Source: a bacterium
GTDB taxonomy: Bacteria; Electryoneota; JAOADG01
Assembly (NCBI GenBank): GCA_963681965.1
Contig: OY820579.1
Coordinates: forward strand, 2,304,001 to 2,368,000
Direction of reading: 5' to 3'
DNA: 64,000 bases
Part shown: positions 27,882 through 37,856 of the stretch, piece after piece
How the letters are laid out: each line of letters starts with the position of its first letter
Position numbering within the stretch: position 1 is the stretch's first letter
Position numbers and translations under genes: made by a program
Notes under the pieces: model-generated
The model's database searches: none
The model's input: the letters and a program-made list of their open reading frames with translations, nothing else
What the model was told of the DNA's origin: nothing

Positions 27882-29897
27882 CTACTTCAAGAGAACGATC
27901 TTCTGAGTCTGGGTGAAATTGCCAGCGGTGAGACGCACAAAATAGGTGCCGGTGGCGAGACTCTTGCCATCGAATGTAAACGTGTACTCACCCGGATCCT
28001 GATTGAAATTCACGAGTTTCGCGACCTCTTTGCCGGTCACATCGAATACGCGCAGATCGACCTTCCCACTCTTCGCAATCGCATAGCGGATGGTAGTGGT
28101 CGCATTGAATGGATTGGGATAATTCGGTTTCAGTACGAAGCTGGTGGGAACCGTTTCGCTGACACGATCGACGACACCGAGTGCCTGCGAGCAGTCGTAG
28201 ATGCCGAGATTCGTAAATTCAGCCAGATAAACCGTATCGCCCACGACAACACACCGGCGTGCTTCCCCGGGTGTATTGTAGAATCCGACTTCCTGCGGAT
28301 TTTCCGGATTGCTGATATTGATGATCTGCAAACCAGAGTAATCATCGGCAACATAGGCATAGTTGCCGGAAACGGCTACACCATAAGCTTCACCGGGGGT
28401 ATTGTAGAACCCAACTTCCTGCGGGTTTTCGGGATTGCTGATATTAATGATTCGTAAACCAGACCATCCATCGGCAACGTAGGCATAGTTGCCGGAAACG
28501 GTGACACCCAACGCAATATCGGGGGTATCGTAGAAACCTACTTCTTGTGGGTTTGCCGGATTGCTGATATTGATAATCCTCAAACCGTAATTATAATCTG
28601 CGACATAGGCATAGTTGCCGGAAACGGTGACACCAAGAGCAGTACCGGGCGTATCGTAGAATCCGATTTCGGTCGGTGCTGCCGGATTGTTGATATTGAT
28701 GATTCGTAAACCGGATCCTCCATCGGCTACATAGGCATAGTTGCCGGAAACGGTGACACCATATGCATAACCGGGCGTATTGTAGAAACCAACTTGTTGT
28801 GGATTTTCCGGATTGCTGATATTGATGATTCGTAAACCGGATCCTCCATCGGCTACATAGGCATAGTTGCCGGAAACGGTGACACCATATGCATAACCGG
28901 GCGTATCGTAGAATCCGACTTCTTGTGGGTTTTCGGGATTGCTGATATTGATGATTCGCAAGCCTGAAAAACCATCGGCGACGTAGGCATAATTGCCGGA
29001 AACGGTGACACCAAGAGCAGTACCGGGCGTATCGTAGAATCCGACTTCTTGCGGGATTGCCGGATTGGTGATATTGATGATCCTCAAACCGTAATTATAA
29101 TCTGCGACATAGGCATAATTGCCGGAAACGGTGACACCATATGCATAATCGGGGGTATCGTAGAAACCAACTTGTTGCGGATTTTCCGGATTGCTGATAT
29201 TGATGATTCGTAAACCGGATCCTTCATCGGCTACATAGGCATAGTTGCCGGAAACTGCTACGCCCAATGCATTCCCGGGCGTATCGTAGAAACCAACTTG
29301 TTGTGGATTTGCCGGATTGCTGATATTGATGATCCGCAAACCGAAATTCCAATCGGCAACATAGGCATAGTTGCCGGAAACGGTGACACCCTCAGCAAGA
29401 TCGGGCGTATCGCAGAAACCGACTTGTTGCGGATTTTCCGGATTGCTGATATTGATAATCCGCAAACCGTAATTATAATCTGCGACATAGGCATAATTGC
29501 CGGAAACGGTGACACCAAGAGCAGTACCGGGAGTATCGTAGAATCCGACTTGTTGCGGGTTTTCGGGATTGCTAATACCGATGATTCGCAAACCTGAATC
29601 TCCATCAGCGACGTAGGCATAATTGCCGGAAACGGTGACACCGCAAGCCTCACCGGGCAAAGCGCAGAAACCCACAGGTTGTGGATTAGCCGGATTACTG
29701 ATATTGATGATTCGCAAACCAGCACTGCCATCGGCAACGTAGGCATAATTGCCCTGTACCGCTACCCCTAGCGAGTTGGTTTGCCAAAACCGTCCGAGAC
29801 AGCGAACACCGGAGCTGTCCTGTGCCAGCGCGCTGTTCAGCGAGAGGAGCAGAGTAAGCGATACCAGCAGGAACGGCAGAATACGGAGCGGTTTCAT
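27882..29897 (-). CDS. LVIVD-repeat protein with T9SS-type C-terminal domain
   Basis: 12 near-identical 42-aa repeats ([13 protein letters not shown]...[18 protein letters not shown]) plus one degenerate copy. Signal peptide. NYPNPFN...QKIVLLK. Confidence 0.9.
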   Translation of the reverse strand: MKPLRILPFLLVSLTLLLSLNSALAQDSSGVRCLGRFWQTNSLGVAVQGNYAYVADGSAGLRIINISNPANPQPVGFCALPGEACGVTVSGNYAYVADGDSGLRIIGISNPENPQQVGFYDTPGTALGVTVSGNYAYVADYNYGLRIINISNPENPQQVGFCDTPDLAEGVTVSGNYAYVADWNFGLRIINISNPANPQQVGFYDTPGNALGVAVSGNYAYVADEGSGLRIINISNPENPQQVGFYDTPDYAYGVTVSGNYAYVADYNYGLRIINITNPAIPQEVGFYDTPGTALGVTVSGNYAYVADGFSGLRIINISNPENPQEVGFYDTPGYAYGVTVSGNYAYVADGGSGLRIINISNPENPQQVGFYNTPGYAYGVTVSGNYAYVADGGSGLRIININNPAAPTEIGFYDTPGTALGVTVSGNYAYVADYNYGLRIINISNPANPQEVGFYDTPDIALGVTVSGNYAYVADGWSGLRIINISNPENPQEVGFYNTPGEAYGVAVSGNYAYVADDYSGLQIINISNPENPQEVGFYNTPGEARRCVVVGDTVYLAEFTNLGIYDCSQALGVVDRVSETVPTSFVLKPNYPNPFNATTTIRYAIAKSGKVDLRVFDVTGKEVAKLVNFNQDPGEYTFTFDGKSLATGTYFVRLTAGNFTQTQKIVLLK

Positions 29898-30029
29898 GGG
29901 TGGTTCCTTTCTCGATGATAGCAGTGCAATTGGTTCGTAATCGGATTATCGGGATGGTAATATAATAGTATAGGATCAAAACAGATCCAAGCGAAATTCC
30001 TGCCAAATTGTAAATATTCGCAGCATATA

Positions 30030-30625
30030 GTAGGGGCGGGTCCCCGCGCCCGCCCGGTCTTGAATCATTTTCTTTATCTTTTCCCACCACCTACCACCCA
30101 TTACCCAACACCCATTTTGTTGATTTGTCATTGCGAAGCCCTGCAGTGGCTGAGGCAATCTTTTTTTCATTCGGTAGCGGCGGACTTCAGTCCGCCATTC
30201 TTGTAAAATCATTTTAATAAAACAATACGCGGACTAAAGTCCGCCGCTACCAAAAAAAATCACCAGACCGGGCGGGCGCGGGGACCCGCCCCTACTTCAG
30301 GATAAAGGATACAAAGATTCAAGAATAAGAAAATCGCAGGCTAAAGCTTGCGGCTACAAAAAAAAATAGATTGCCACATCACGCGCCGTACGGCGCATTC
30401 CTCGCAACGACAAATCAAGATATATAAGATGGCGGGCGGTTCGCGAACCGCCCCTACCAAAAAGAATAAACAGAAAAAATAGTAGGTTGCCACATACGCC
30501 GTACGGCGCATTCCTCGCAATGACAAATCAGGATACACGAACGGGCGGGCATGGGAGCCCGCCCCTACTACAGGACACAAGAAGAAAAGATAACAGAAAG
30601 GGCGTATGCCATACACCCCTACGAA
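30030..30625. repeat. Mosaic REP-like array
   Basis: GTAGGGGCGGGTCCCCGCGCCCGCCC and its inverse, GTAGCGGCGGACTTCAGTCCGC and its inverse, TGTCATTGCGA..GCAATC elements. Confidence 0.9.
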
Positions 30626-30777
30626 AAAATTCGCGAACTCTTTATTAGTCCGCCGCTACCCCTAGCTAGCACTATCACCAATCACCAAGTACTATATACT
30701 AAGCGCAAAGCACTAAGTTCCATTTCACCATTTGCATTCGTATCACTTACTAAACAACAATTACTGGAGAATCGAAC

Positions 30778-31623
30778 ATGTCTGGTAGAATCTTTGTTTC
30801 CGGCGCCGCCGGAAAAGTCGGTCGTGCTGTGGTCGAGAAATTGATTGCCAAAGGAGAACCGGTGCGAGGTGGTTTTCGCAATCCGGCAGCTGCGACGGCA
30901 CCTCGTGAATTGCACAAAGTTAAATTCGACTTCACCGATTTCGCATCGGTCGAATCGGCACTCGATGGCGTCAGCGGTGCCTTCCTGATCTCACCGCCGC
31001 TCGATCCCGATGCCCCGGCGAAGTTGACACCCTTCATCAAAGAGGCGAAGAAACACAATATCCATGTGGTCTTCATCTCGGCGTTTGGTGCCAACATGAA
31101 TGCCGATGGCGCGCTTGCGAAAGTCGAAAAGTTACTCCACGATACCGCCGTCACCTATACTATTCTGCGTCCAAATTTCTTCATGGACAATTTCACCGAA
31201 GGGTGGATTGCCCCATCGATCAAGCAGCAGAACAGCCTCTTTATTCCAGCCGGCGACGGGAAGACGAGTTTTATTGCCGCCCACGATATCGCCGCGGCTG
31301 TGGTTTCGGCATTCAACCGGAAATTGGTTGGAAAGACGTACGATCTAACCGGATCGGAAGCGCTCGATCACACCGAAGTGGCGCAACTGATTAGCACTGC
31401 TACCGGACGGACGATTTCGTATGTCGATATTCCCGAATCGGCCTTGATCGAAGGTGCGAAAGCGCAGGGGATGCCGGATGGAATGATCGCCTATCTTGCA
31501 GATCTTTATAAGGCAGTACGCGGTGGTTATTGTGCAGCTATCACACACGATCTCGAAGATTTGATCAACGATCAACCGATTCGCTTTTCCACTTTCGCCA
31601 AAGCCCATAAAGCAGATTGGTAG
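30778..31623 (+). CDS. NmrA-like / atypical SDR NAD(P)-binding oxidoreductase
   Basis: GAAGKVG Rossmann motif, TILRPNFFMDN, SFIAAHDIA and YDLTG motifs. Confidence 0.85.
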   Translation: MSGRIFVSGAAGKVGRAVVEKLIAKGEPVRGGFRNPAAATAPRELHKVKFDFTDFASVESALDGVSGAFLISPPLDPDAPAKLTPFIKEAKKHNIHVVFISAFGANMNADGALAKVEKLLHDTAVTYTILRPNFFMDNFTEGWIAPSIKQQNSLFIPAGDGKTSFIAAHDIAAAVVSAFNRKLVGKTYDLTGSEALDHTEVAQLISTATGRTISYVDIPESALIEGAKAQGMPDGMIAYLADLYKAVRGGYCAAITHDLEDLINDQPIRFSTFAKAHKADW

Positions 31624-31853
31624 AATTCGAGAGCTGGAAATTGGGAATTACAGTGCCATGACTGTGGTGTGCCGACGATCGATTCGACAGACCGATAATT
31701 TCTTGATGGATGGGCGGATCTATGGGTCCGCCCGAAGTTTATCACAGAATAGAGTTACCTAGTTCCTACCAATAATTTGGTGCATTGCCCACATCGTAAC
31801 TATCTTGGCATCGCAACAATTATTCGTGAATATCTGACAAAAGTAGAGATAAA

Positions 31854-33182
31854 TTGACTGGAATTGGTCTGAGACACAAACTCATCGTTATCGCGACACT
31901 TTCCCTGTTCGCCGGAACGGGGTGGACGAGTCCGCTGCTGCGGTTGTCGATTCCTCAAAACAATCGGCAGATCGACGGTCAGGGAAAGACGATTACGGCA
32001 CTGACGTGGGAAGGTGCGCAATTTACCCATCCTGAAGTGATCGACCGGGAGCTGCTCAATCGTGCCGGTTCGAAATTCGACACGAATTTTGCGCGTGTGG
32101 AATTCAATCGGTTTCGGAGTCTCGATATCTTCGCGGATGTTCAGCTCACTACCAGGACCGGTGTCGATACTGTTGCGGTCGTGTGGCAATTCAAAGAGAT
32201 GCCGACACTGCTGATGCTGCCGGACATCGCCAGTGAACCGGATGGTGGAATTGCGGCGGGTGGATTGATTGCCGGAACGAATTTTCTCGGTCGCAATATC
32301 CGGATCGCCGTCGAGGCGTTGTGGGGAAAGACGCGGAACTATCAGTATGAATTCGAACATCCGTGGTTCGGTAACAATCGGCACGCACTGCGAATCATGG
32401 GCGGATATCACGAACAGCAGAATGAGGCGGAACACTTTTTCGAGAAATATTGGGACAGCGATATCTGGTTGGAACAGTGGACTACTCGCAGCAATCATTT
32501 CGATCTAGGCGGTGGTTTTTTGCTGCTCGAGGGGGATGACAGCACAAAGACGCTGCGGGTTTCCGGGAAGGATCGCAACGGGTGGTTCGGGGTTCGTGGT
32601 TCAATCGATCGCCGAAACGATATCAGTCACCCTTCGGCGGGACAGTTGCTGCAACTCGAGGGGAAACAGTACTTCGGCGATTCGCATTATACCGAGTTCA
32701 CATTCGATGGACGCAGCTGGTTTCCATTTACTGACCGATTGTATTGGGCACAGAGCGTATTGTGTCAATTGCGAACGAATGTAAATGATTTTCCGGTGTA
32801 TCAAACGTACCGGTTGGGCGGTTCGCAGACGATTCGCGGCAACTCGTTGAAAGATTTGGGGAAGTGGCAATTTGGTAAAAATGAAGTGATTGCTACTTCT
32901 GAGCTGCGGTGGCGGTTTTTGCCGCGGGTAGTGGCGGAATCGATGGGATTTGCCTATCCATTCGGGGTGGAAGCGGCGCTGTTTGGTGATGCCGGAACGG
33001 CGTGGGATGCGACGACAATTTCGCAGCGACGGATTTCGGTGGGGGGAGGAGCGGGTTTGCGATTTCTCGTACCGGCGATCAAGGAAGTGCGGATCGATTA
33101 TGCGCGTGGGGAGGGGGGTAATTCTGCTTTCTCACTTACGATTGGTGTAAAAGAGAAGTATCAGCGGTACCGGATTCGCTGA
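31854..33182 (+). CDS. BamA/TamA (Omp85) family outer-membrane protein with POTRA domain
   Basis: N-terminal POTRA-like segment, NFLG, LGGSQTIRG (VRGY-like lid motif), FGDAG and RIDYA motifs. Confidence 0.8.
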   Translation: MTGIGLRHKLIVIATLSLFAGTGWTSPLLRLSIPQNNRQIDGQGKTITALTWEGAQFTHPEVIDRELLNRAGSKFDTNFARVEFNRFRSLDIFADVQLTTRTGVDTVAVVWQFKEMPTLLMLPDIASEPDGGIAAGGLIAGTNFLGRNIRIAVEALWGKTRNYQYEFEHPWFGNNRHALRIMGGYHEQQNEAEHFFEKYWDSDIWLEQWTTRSNHFDLGGGFLLLEGDDSTKTLRVSGKDRNGWFGVRGSIDRRNDISHPSAGQLLQLEGKQYFGDSHYTEFTFDGRSWFPFTDRLYWAQSVLCQLRTNVNDFPVYQTYRLGGSQTIRGNSLKDLGKWQFGKNEVIATSELRWRFLPRVVAESMGFAYPFGVEAALFGDAGTAWDATTISQRRISVGGGAGLRFLVPAIKEVRIDYARGEGGNSAFSLTIGVKEKYQRYRIR

Positions 33183-33203
33183 CCGGTTCGGTTTTCGTCG
33201 GCG

Positions 33204-33232
33204 TTGAATGTTCGCCGTGAATTGTGTATACT
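33204..33232 (+). promoter_or_regulatory. sigma70-type promoter of the tRNA gene
   Basis: TTGAAT (33204-09), 17 bp, TATACT (33227-32). Confidence 0.6.
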
Positions 33233-33249
33233 ATCATTGAATTTTTTTT

Positions 33250-33323
33250 GCGCCTATAGCTCAATCGGATAGAGCACAAGCCTTCTAAGCTTGGGGTTGT
33301 GGGTTCGAGTCCCGCTGGGCGCG
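33250..33323 (+). tRNA. tRNA-Arg(TCT), CCA not encoded
   Basis: Acceptor GCGCCTA/TGGGCGC, D-arm GCTC..GAGC, anticodon stem CAAGC/GCTTG with loop CTTCTAA, T-arm GTGGG-TTCGAGT-CCCGC. Confidence 0.95.
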
Positions 33324-33386
33324 CGGCTTACAGGAGGAGCTAACTCCTCGGAGCTAACGGTTATTGGAAACTTTTCGGAGTCTCCA

Positions 33387-34457
33387 ATGGCAGTTTCTCT
33401 CTTTTTACGCAAGACCGGTATCTGGTATCTCAAGATCACCGAGGATCATAAAACCACCTGGAAAAGCACTGGTTCAAAAGACCATCTATCTGCTTGTAAG
33501 ATACTCAATGAGTATAAGCGAAAAGCCCCAATCACTATTCCCAAGCCGATAAACAAACCTAAATCGATATGTCAAATAGCTGATCAATCGTTGCTTTCAA
33601 CCTTCACTCAAGAGTGTCTGGATTGGTCTGCAGCGAATCATCGGCGAGGGACTACCGATATCTATCGCAAGACCTTCGCGAATTTTTTGCGGATTGTTGG
33701 GGATGTTCCGTTATCAACAATCACTCTGCGTGTTATTGATCGCTTCAAAGCGATCCGAAGCCGCGAAGTGAAAGCGGTAACCTTGAATGTCGAATTACGG
33801 ACGATCCGCAGTGCCTTGCATCAGGCGAAGAAATGGGGTCTAATTTCGGAAGTACCGATTACCGGGAAAAATTTACTCAAAGTACCATCCGATACGATTG
33901 CACTGTCAGAGAGTGAAGTAAAACAGCTTCTGGATTCGATACAAGAGCCGTGGTTGCGTTCAATAGTACTGGTGGCAGTTTATACTGGTTTACGGAGAAA
34001 CGAGCTTTGTCGACTAACGTGGAGCGATTTTGACGAAGTCAGAGGATTATTGACAGTTCACGAATCGAAAGCGGGGAAAGCGCGGTGTATTCCGGTATCC
34101 GAGGGGGTAACCCAAATCCTGGTTAGTATACCGAAAACGGGTGACAGGATTTTCACTTTGGATGGGAAACAGCCGGTGCAAGGTTCTTGGGTATCGCATC
34201 TGTTCAAGCGGTATTGCCGGAAGTTGGGATTATCCGAGAAGATCCATTTCCACACACTCAGGCATACTTGTGCATCAATCATGGTGCGGAATGGCGTGAG
34301 TCTATTCCATACCAGTAAGGTGCTTGGTCATTCGTCGGTAGTCGTTACCGAGAAATTTTATGCACACATGGGAGTCGAGGATTTGCGGGGTGCAGTGAAT
34401 GTGGTGGGTCAATTGCTCCAATCGAATCATAGGAATGGGAATCGATTGGTGGCGTGA
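33387..34457 (+). CDS. Tyrosine recombinase/integrase with N-terminal arm-binding-like domain
   Basis: TGLRRNE, K (ESKAGK), HTLRH, LGH and terminal Y (KFYAH) motifs. N-terminal GIWYLKI...WKSTG. Likely ATG at 33387 after GGAG. Confidence 0.92.
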   Translation: MAVSLFLRKTGIWYLKITEDHKTTWKSTGSKDHLSACKILNEYKRKAPITIPKPINKPKSICQIADQSLLSTFTQECLDWSAANHRRGTTDIYRKTFANFLRIVGDVPLSTITLRVIDRFKAIRSREVKAVTLNVELRTIRSALHQAKKWGLISEVPITGKNLLKVPSDTIALSESEVKQLLDSIQEPWLRSIVLVAVYTGLRRNELCRLTWSDFDEVRGLLTVHESKAGKARCIPVSEGVTQILVSIPKTGDRIFTLDGKQPVQGSWVSHLFKRYCRKLGLSEKIHFHTLRHTCASIMVRNGVSLFHTSKVLGHSSVVVTEKFYAHMGVEDLRGAVNVVGQLLQSNHRNGNRLVA

Positions 34458-34543
34458 GGATAATCTGCGTCGAGACAATGTGGAACGAGTGATACAACCC
34501 GGAATTTGTATTGGGTGCTTTATCGAACCCTGACCCTAAATAT

Positions 34544-34912
34544 TCACGAATAACGGGGCTTCCGGGGCAAGGGCGAGAAGGTAATTACTCTTCCGCCAAC
34601 AATATAATATAACACTTTTTTCACATTGTCTTCAATCGTTCGAGCGGCAATATTCGGCAGCAACCAAGTCGGTAATGTCTCTTTCAACCGGTAAATCTGC
34701 CAGTAATCGACAAGAATGATTTGCTTCAACTCATAGATCAACCAGTCGGGACAATCGCATTTGCCGCGCTCGATCACACTGATGAATTGCTGGGTGACTT
34801 GCAGTCGCGAAGCTAGTTCTTTTTGTGTATAGTTACTTCGTTTCCGTGACTCGCGAATGATATTACCGATTTCGACACGGATGTCGATGGGGCTGTTTTC
34901 TACTTGATCCAT
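34544..34912 (-). CDS. XRE-family HTH regulator
   Basis: IRESRKRSNYTQKELASRLQVTQQFISVIERG motif. ATG at 34912 with AGGAGG RBS. Confidence 0.85.
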   Translation of the reverse strand: MDQVENSPIDIRVEIGNIIRESRKRSNYTQKELASRLQVTQQFISVIERGKCDCPDWLIYELKQIILVDYWQIYRLKETLPTWLLPNIAARTIEDNVKKVLYYIVGGRVITFSPLPRKPRYS

Positions 34913-34943
34913 TGTTCCTCCTATTTCAAGAGTTCTAGAATGC

Positions 34944-35157
34944 TTCCGAACCTGCCGAACCTGTTTACCAGTCTGTGATATATTTTTTATATGTGAGTAT
35001 GTGTACATGTACATGTTATCACATATTTATTTTCCTTCCTTAAGGGGTGAATGAGGTTCGGCATGTCCGGCAGAAAACCGTTAAGCCCCTTAAATAGCCG
35101 TTTCCAGCTGCCGAACATCGATTATGTGAGGTTCGGCAATCGATCGAATGTCCGGCA
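34944..35157. other. Putative iteron-type replication origin
   Basis: Seven copies of a T(G/T)CCG(A/G)AC(C/A)T decamer in both orientations flanking an AT-rich tract, just downstream of the primase-helicase. Confidence 0.6.
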
Positions 35158-35201
35158 AAATCGACGAATGAAATTCATACTTTGCGATACTTTCCTAAAC
35201 C

Positions 35202-37856
35202 TCAATAAGTCTTTCGATCTTCTATATTGTTCTTATCACGCAATCGATACAATCGACATTTTCCGCGTGAAATGCTGTTATCGTGTACAATCTCGATTTG
35301 AAGATTTCCAAACAAGCGCCCTTTAATACGGTTCAGCGCTTTTCCGAGACGCGTCTGATTCGAGTGATCGGAATCTTCACCCAAGATTGAAGACAGTAGC
35401 ATTTTTCGATTACAAAGATCGAGTAATTGTTTGGTCTGAACAGGATCGCTTTTGAACTCATTCCACCAACTTTCGGTAAATTCCAGATACATCTCGGTAT
35501 CCATACTCAGCTCGTGAAATACTTCATTGCAATTACTCATGAAACCGGATATCGATACGGCATCGAAGACGCCACCAATCGTTTTCGCCCATTGTTCGAA
35601 CGACCCCAGTACTTGTTTCCCATCAGGTTTTCCAGTGTCAAGCCAAGAACGAATCAATACTAGGATAGCAGTGACCAACTCTCGACGATTGTCCATCGCC
35701 CAAAGCTCTATTTCAGAATGTTTGAAATCGGTTCGTTTCCACGGTTGACTGTCAACCGGTGTGATGCGGCACCGGATTATTCGCCGTGACAATTCTTCAG
35801 CTACATGGATGTTATTCGCAGTAATGATTATTATCATTCGATTGGGTAGGGATATTATTTCCGATCTACCGAGTAATCGCCCTGAATAATTCGTGCTAGT
35901 CAAGATTAGTGCTAACCCATCGGAATTTAGTTTTCGGTATTCTGGGAAGTTGTCGAATAATAGAATCGATGTATTTTGAATGAGTTCGGCAAGAATCATT
36001 TTCTTCAATTCATCATTATTTTCTGGAAAGGCGCGAGGCGAAATACGCTTTCCCGTCGCGATGATCGAGACGACATCACACAATTTACTTTTTCCACTTC
36101 CTGCAATCGAAGCATCGATGAGGTGGAGCGGAGTACATCCGTTAATCAAATGTCTCACAAATGGCAAGATCAACAGTGCAATAGCAGTCGAACAATCGGC
36201 ATCACGGTGTTCGAAAGGAAAATTGACCAATAAATCATCGGTGAATAGTCGCTTTGCTGCCTCGATTTCTTCCTTCGTGGGGTGCTCAGGAACTTCGATA
36301 TTCGCCAATTCATCAGGTAAGTCGAGGTAAATTCTTGAATCGGAATCATAACCGGATTGACTAAGTAATATCCCATCGCTTCTGAAGATCGGGATTCGCA
36401 CAATTGTGTCTAGTACCGGGATACGTGGATCGATCCGGGTGAGCATATCTTTCACTAAATAATCGGATGGTCTGCTCGCGCGACGTTCATTATTCTCGAC
36501 TTTAACCCAATTGGCACATCGATACAGATGACTATAGAGTTCGTTTATCCCTATCGGGTGAGTCGTAAGATGTGATTCCGACGAGCTTATTTTTAACTCG
36601 ATTAGTTGTTGACCGAACACAAATATTCTGGGTGGATCGTTTTGAGCAATAATGGCATCCCACGCATCTGCGATGACTTCCGGCAACTGTCGGTTATTGA
36701 CGATAATCGATGGCAATTGATTGTCTTGATCGGTCTCAGGTAACTGTCCGGTTGCTGGGAGAGGCACTCCAGTCTTGTCCGCTACCCGGCGGCAGGCATC
36801 GATAAAACTCTTTGCTACTCCTCGTTTGATCAGGAAATCGAAAACCGATATCGTTTGACCACTGCGAAATGAATGAAACTTACCTTTCTCAGCAGCGCCT
36901 TCGCCCGACGCGACACTAGCGGAGGGGTGACGATCACCCGATGATGAATCGGGATCGCGGCATTCCAACCAACCACCCATACTCGTTCGACCGGTTAAGA
37001 ATTCACCATATACCTCATTCAGGTCTAGTTTACCTAAAGCATGTTGACGCCATTCCGAATAGTCGTTCGGAGTTTGAGTAGATACTTCCGTCGATTCGCC
37101 ATCGGACTTCGATTTTTGTAGCATTGTAGAATTTCGATCGAGGTGTTTGATTGCTTGTTGCACTTTTTCGACTGAGATCGTTTCGAAAAGTTCCGGTTCG
37201 TACTCTTCGAACCCGTAGTCATCGTCTAGTTTGTAGAAACGGTTGCAACCGGGCTTTGCATCATACCACAATGGCAGCCAGACGGCATTTCCGCAACCAT
37301 TATTGCTGATCCGTTCGGTTTTAGGAAAGACCTCAATACCACGATTATCGCCGGGACTTGCATACCCGCCGTTTTCGAGTTGCTGATTGGGTGGACATAA
37401 TAGAAACCCAAGCCGACGTGCATCCTTCGCAATAATTGATTCTTCGAAAAAGAGCCAGAGATGATAACCGTGACCTCGCCCTGAACGCTCGATGAAACAG
37501 GGTAAGGACACGCTAAGAGCTGTTTCATAAGCCGCTTTCACGGCACTTTCAGGATCACGCAAAGCGTCTTTATGTTCGGGTCCACCATCGAAATCGAGAC
37601 AGAGCCATTTTGTCAAACCTTCGTTGTTAGGAGAGTAAGTCGCGAGTCGAAAACAACCGGTTTTCTGATGAGTTCCTCGGTCATTTGTGATTTCTACAGT
37701 ACTATGATACAGTTTATTCCCGGTTATATGACCTAATATCAGTTGATCCAAGTACCCATTCACATGAATCGGATGGGGATTTTTTCCAACCATGATGGCA
37801 ATTTTATCAGTTCGATTGAAGAACGCATTTCGGATCATTTCGACATTTTGATTCAT
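35202..37856 (-). CDS. AEP primase fused to a degenerate CHC2-like domain and a P-loop helicase/ATPase
   Basis: WLCLDFD (DxD), ERSGRGHGYHLWLFF, VWLPL, DRHPSASV...FHSF, Walker A AGSGKS, LLFDN and ITANN motifs. Confidence 0.8.
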   Translation of the reverse strand: MNQNVEMIRNAFFNRTDKIAIMVGKNPHPIHVNGYLDQLILGHITGNKLYHSTVEITNDRGTHQKTGCFRLATYSPNNEGLTKWLCLDFDGGPEHKDALRDPESAVKAAYETALSVSLPCFIERSGRGHGYHLWLFFEESIIAKDARRLGFLLCPPNQQLENGGYASPGDNRGIEVFPKTERISNNGCGNAVWLPLWYDAKPGCNRFYKLDDDYGFEEYEPELFETISVEKVQQAIKHLDRNSTMLQKSKSDGESTEVSTQTPNDYSEWRQHALGKLDLNEVYGEFLTGRTSMGGWLECRDPDSSSGDRHPSASVASGEGAAEKGKFHSFRSGQTISVFDFLIKRGVAKSFIDACRRVADKTGVPLPATGQLPETDQDNQLPSIIVNNRQLPEVIADAWDAIIAQNDPPRIFVFGQQLIELKISSSESHLTTHPIGINELYSHLYRCANWVKVENNERRASRPSDYLVKDMLTRIDPRIPVLDTIVRIPIFRSDGILLSQSGYDSDSRIYLDLPDELANIEVPEHPTKEEIEAAKRLFTDDLLVNFPFEHRDADCSTAIALLILPFVRHLINGCTPLHLIDASIAGSGKSKLCDVVSIIATGKRISPRAFPENNDELKKMILAELIQNTSILLFDNFPEYRKLNSDGLALILTSTNYSGRLLGRSEIISLPNRMIIIITANNIHVAEELSRRIIRCRITPVDSQPWKRTDFKHSEIELWAMDNRRELVTAILVLIRSWLDTGKPDGKQVLGSFEQWAKTIGGVFDAVSISGFMSNCNEVFHELSMDTEMYLEFTESWWNEFKSDPVQTKQLLDLCNRKMLLSSILGEDSDHSNQTRLGKALNRIKGRLFGNLQIEIVHDNSISRGKCRLYRLRDKNNIEDRKTY

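Noticed and set aside
27501-28457. 318-aa plus-strand ORF, and similar short ORFs in repeat arrays (e.g. 3675-3908, 10101-10565, 11907-12632)
   Set aside because: These are translations of REP mosaics or antisense shadows of real genes, with no protein motifs.
27882-29897. Diversity-generating retroelement target
   Set aside because: No reverse transcriptase or separate template repeat in the window, and the differences between repeats are not confined to adenines.
33291-33386. N-terminal extension of the integrase given by the ORF track
   Set aside because: It overlaps the tRNA and arm-like sites. The ATG at 33387 has an RBS.
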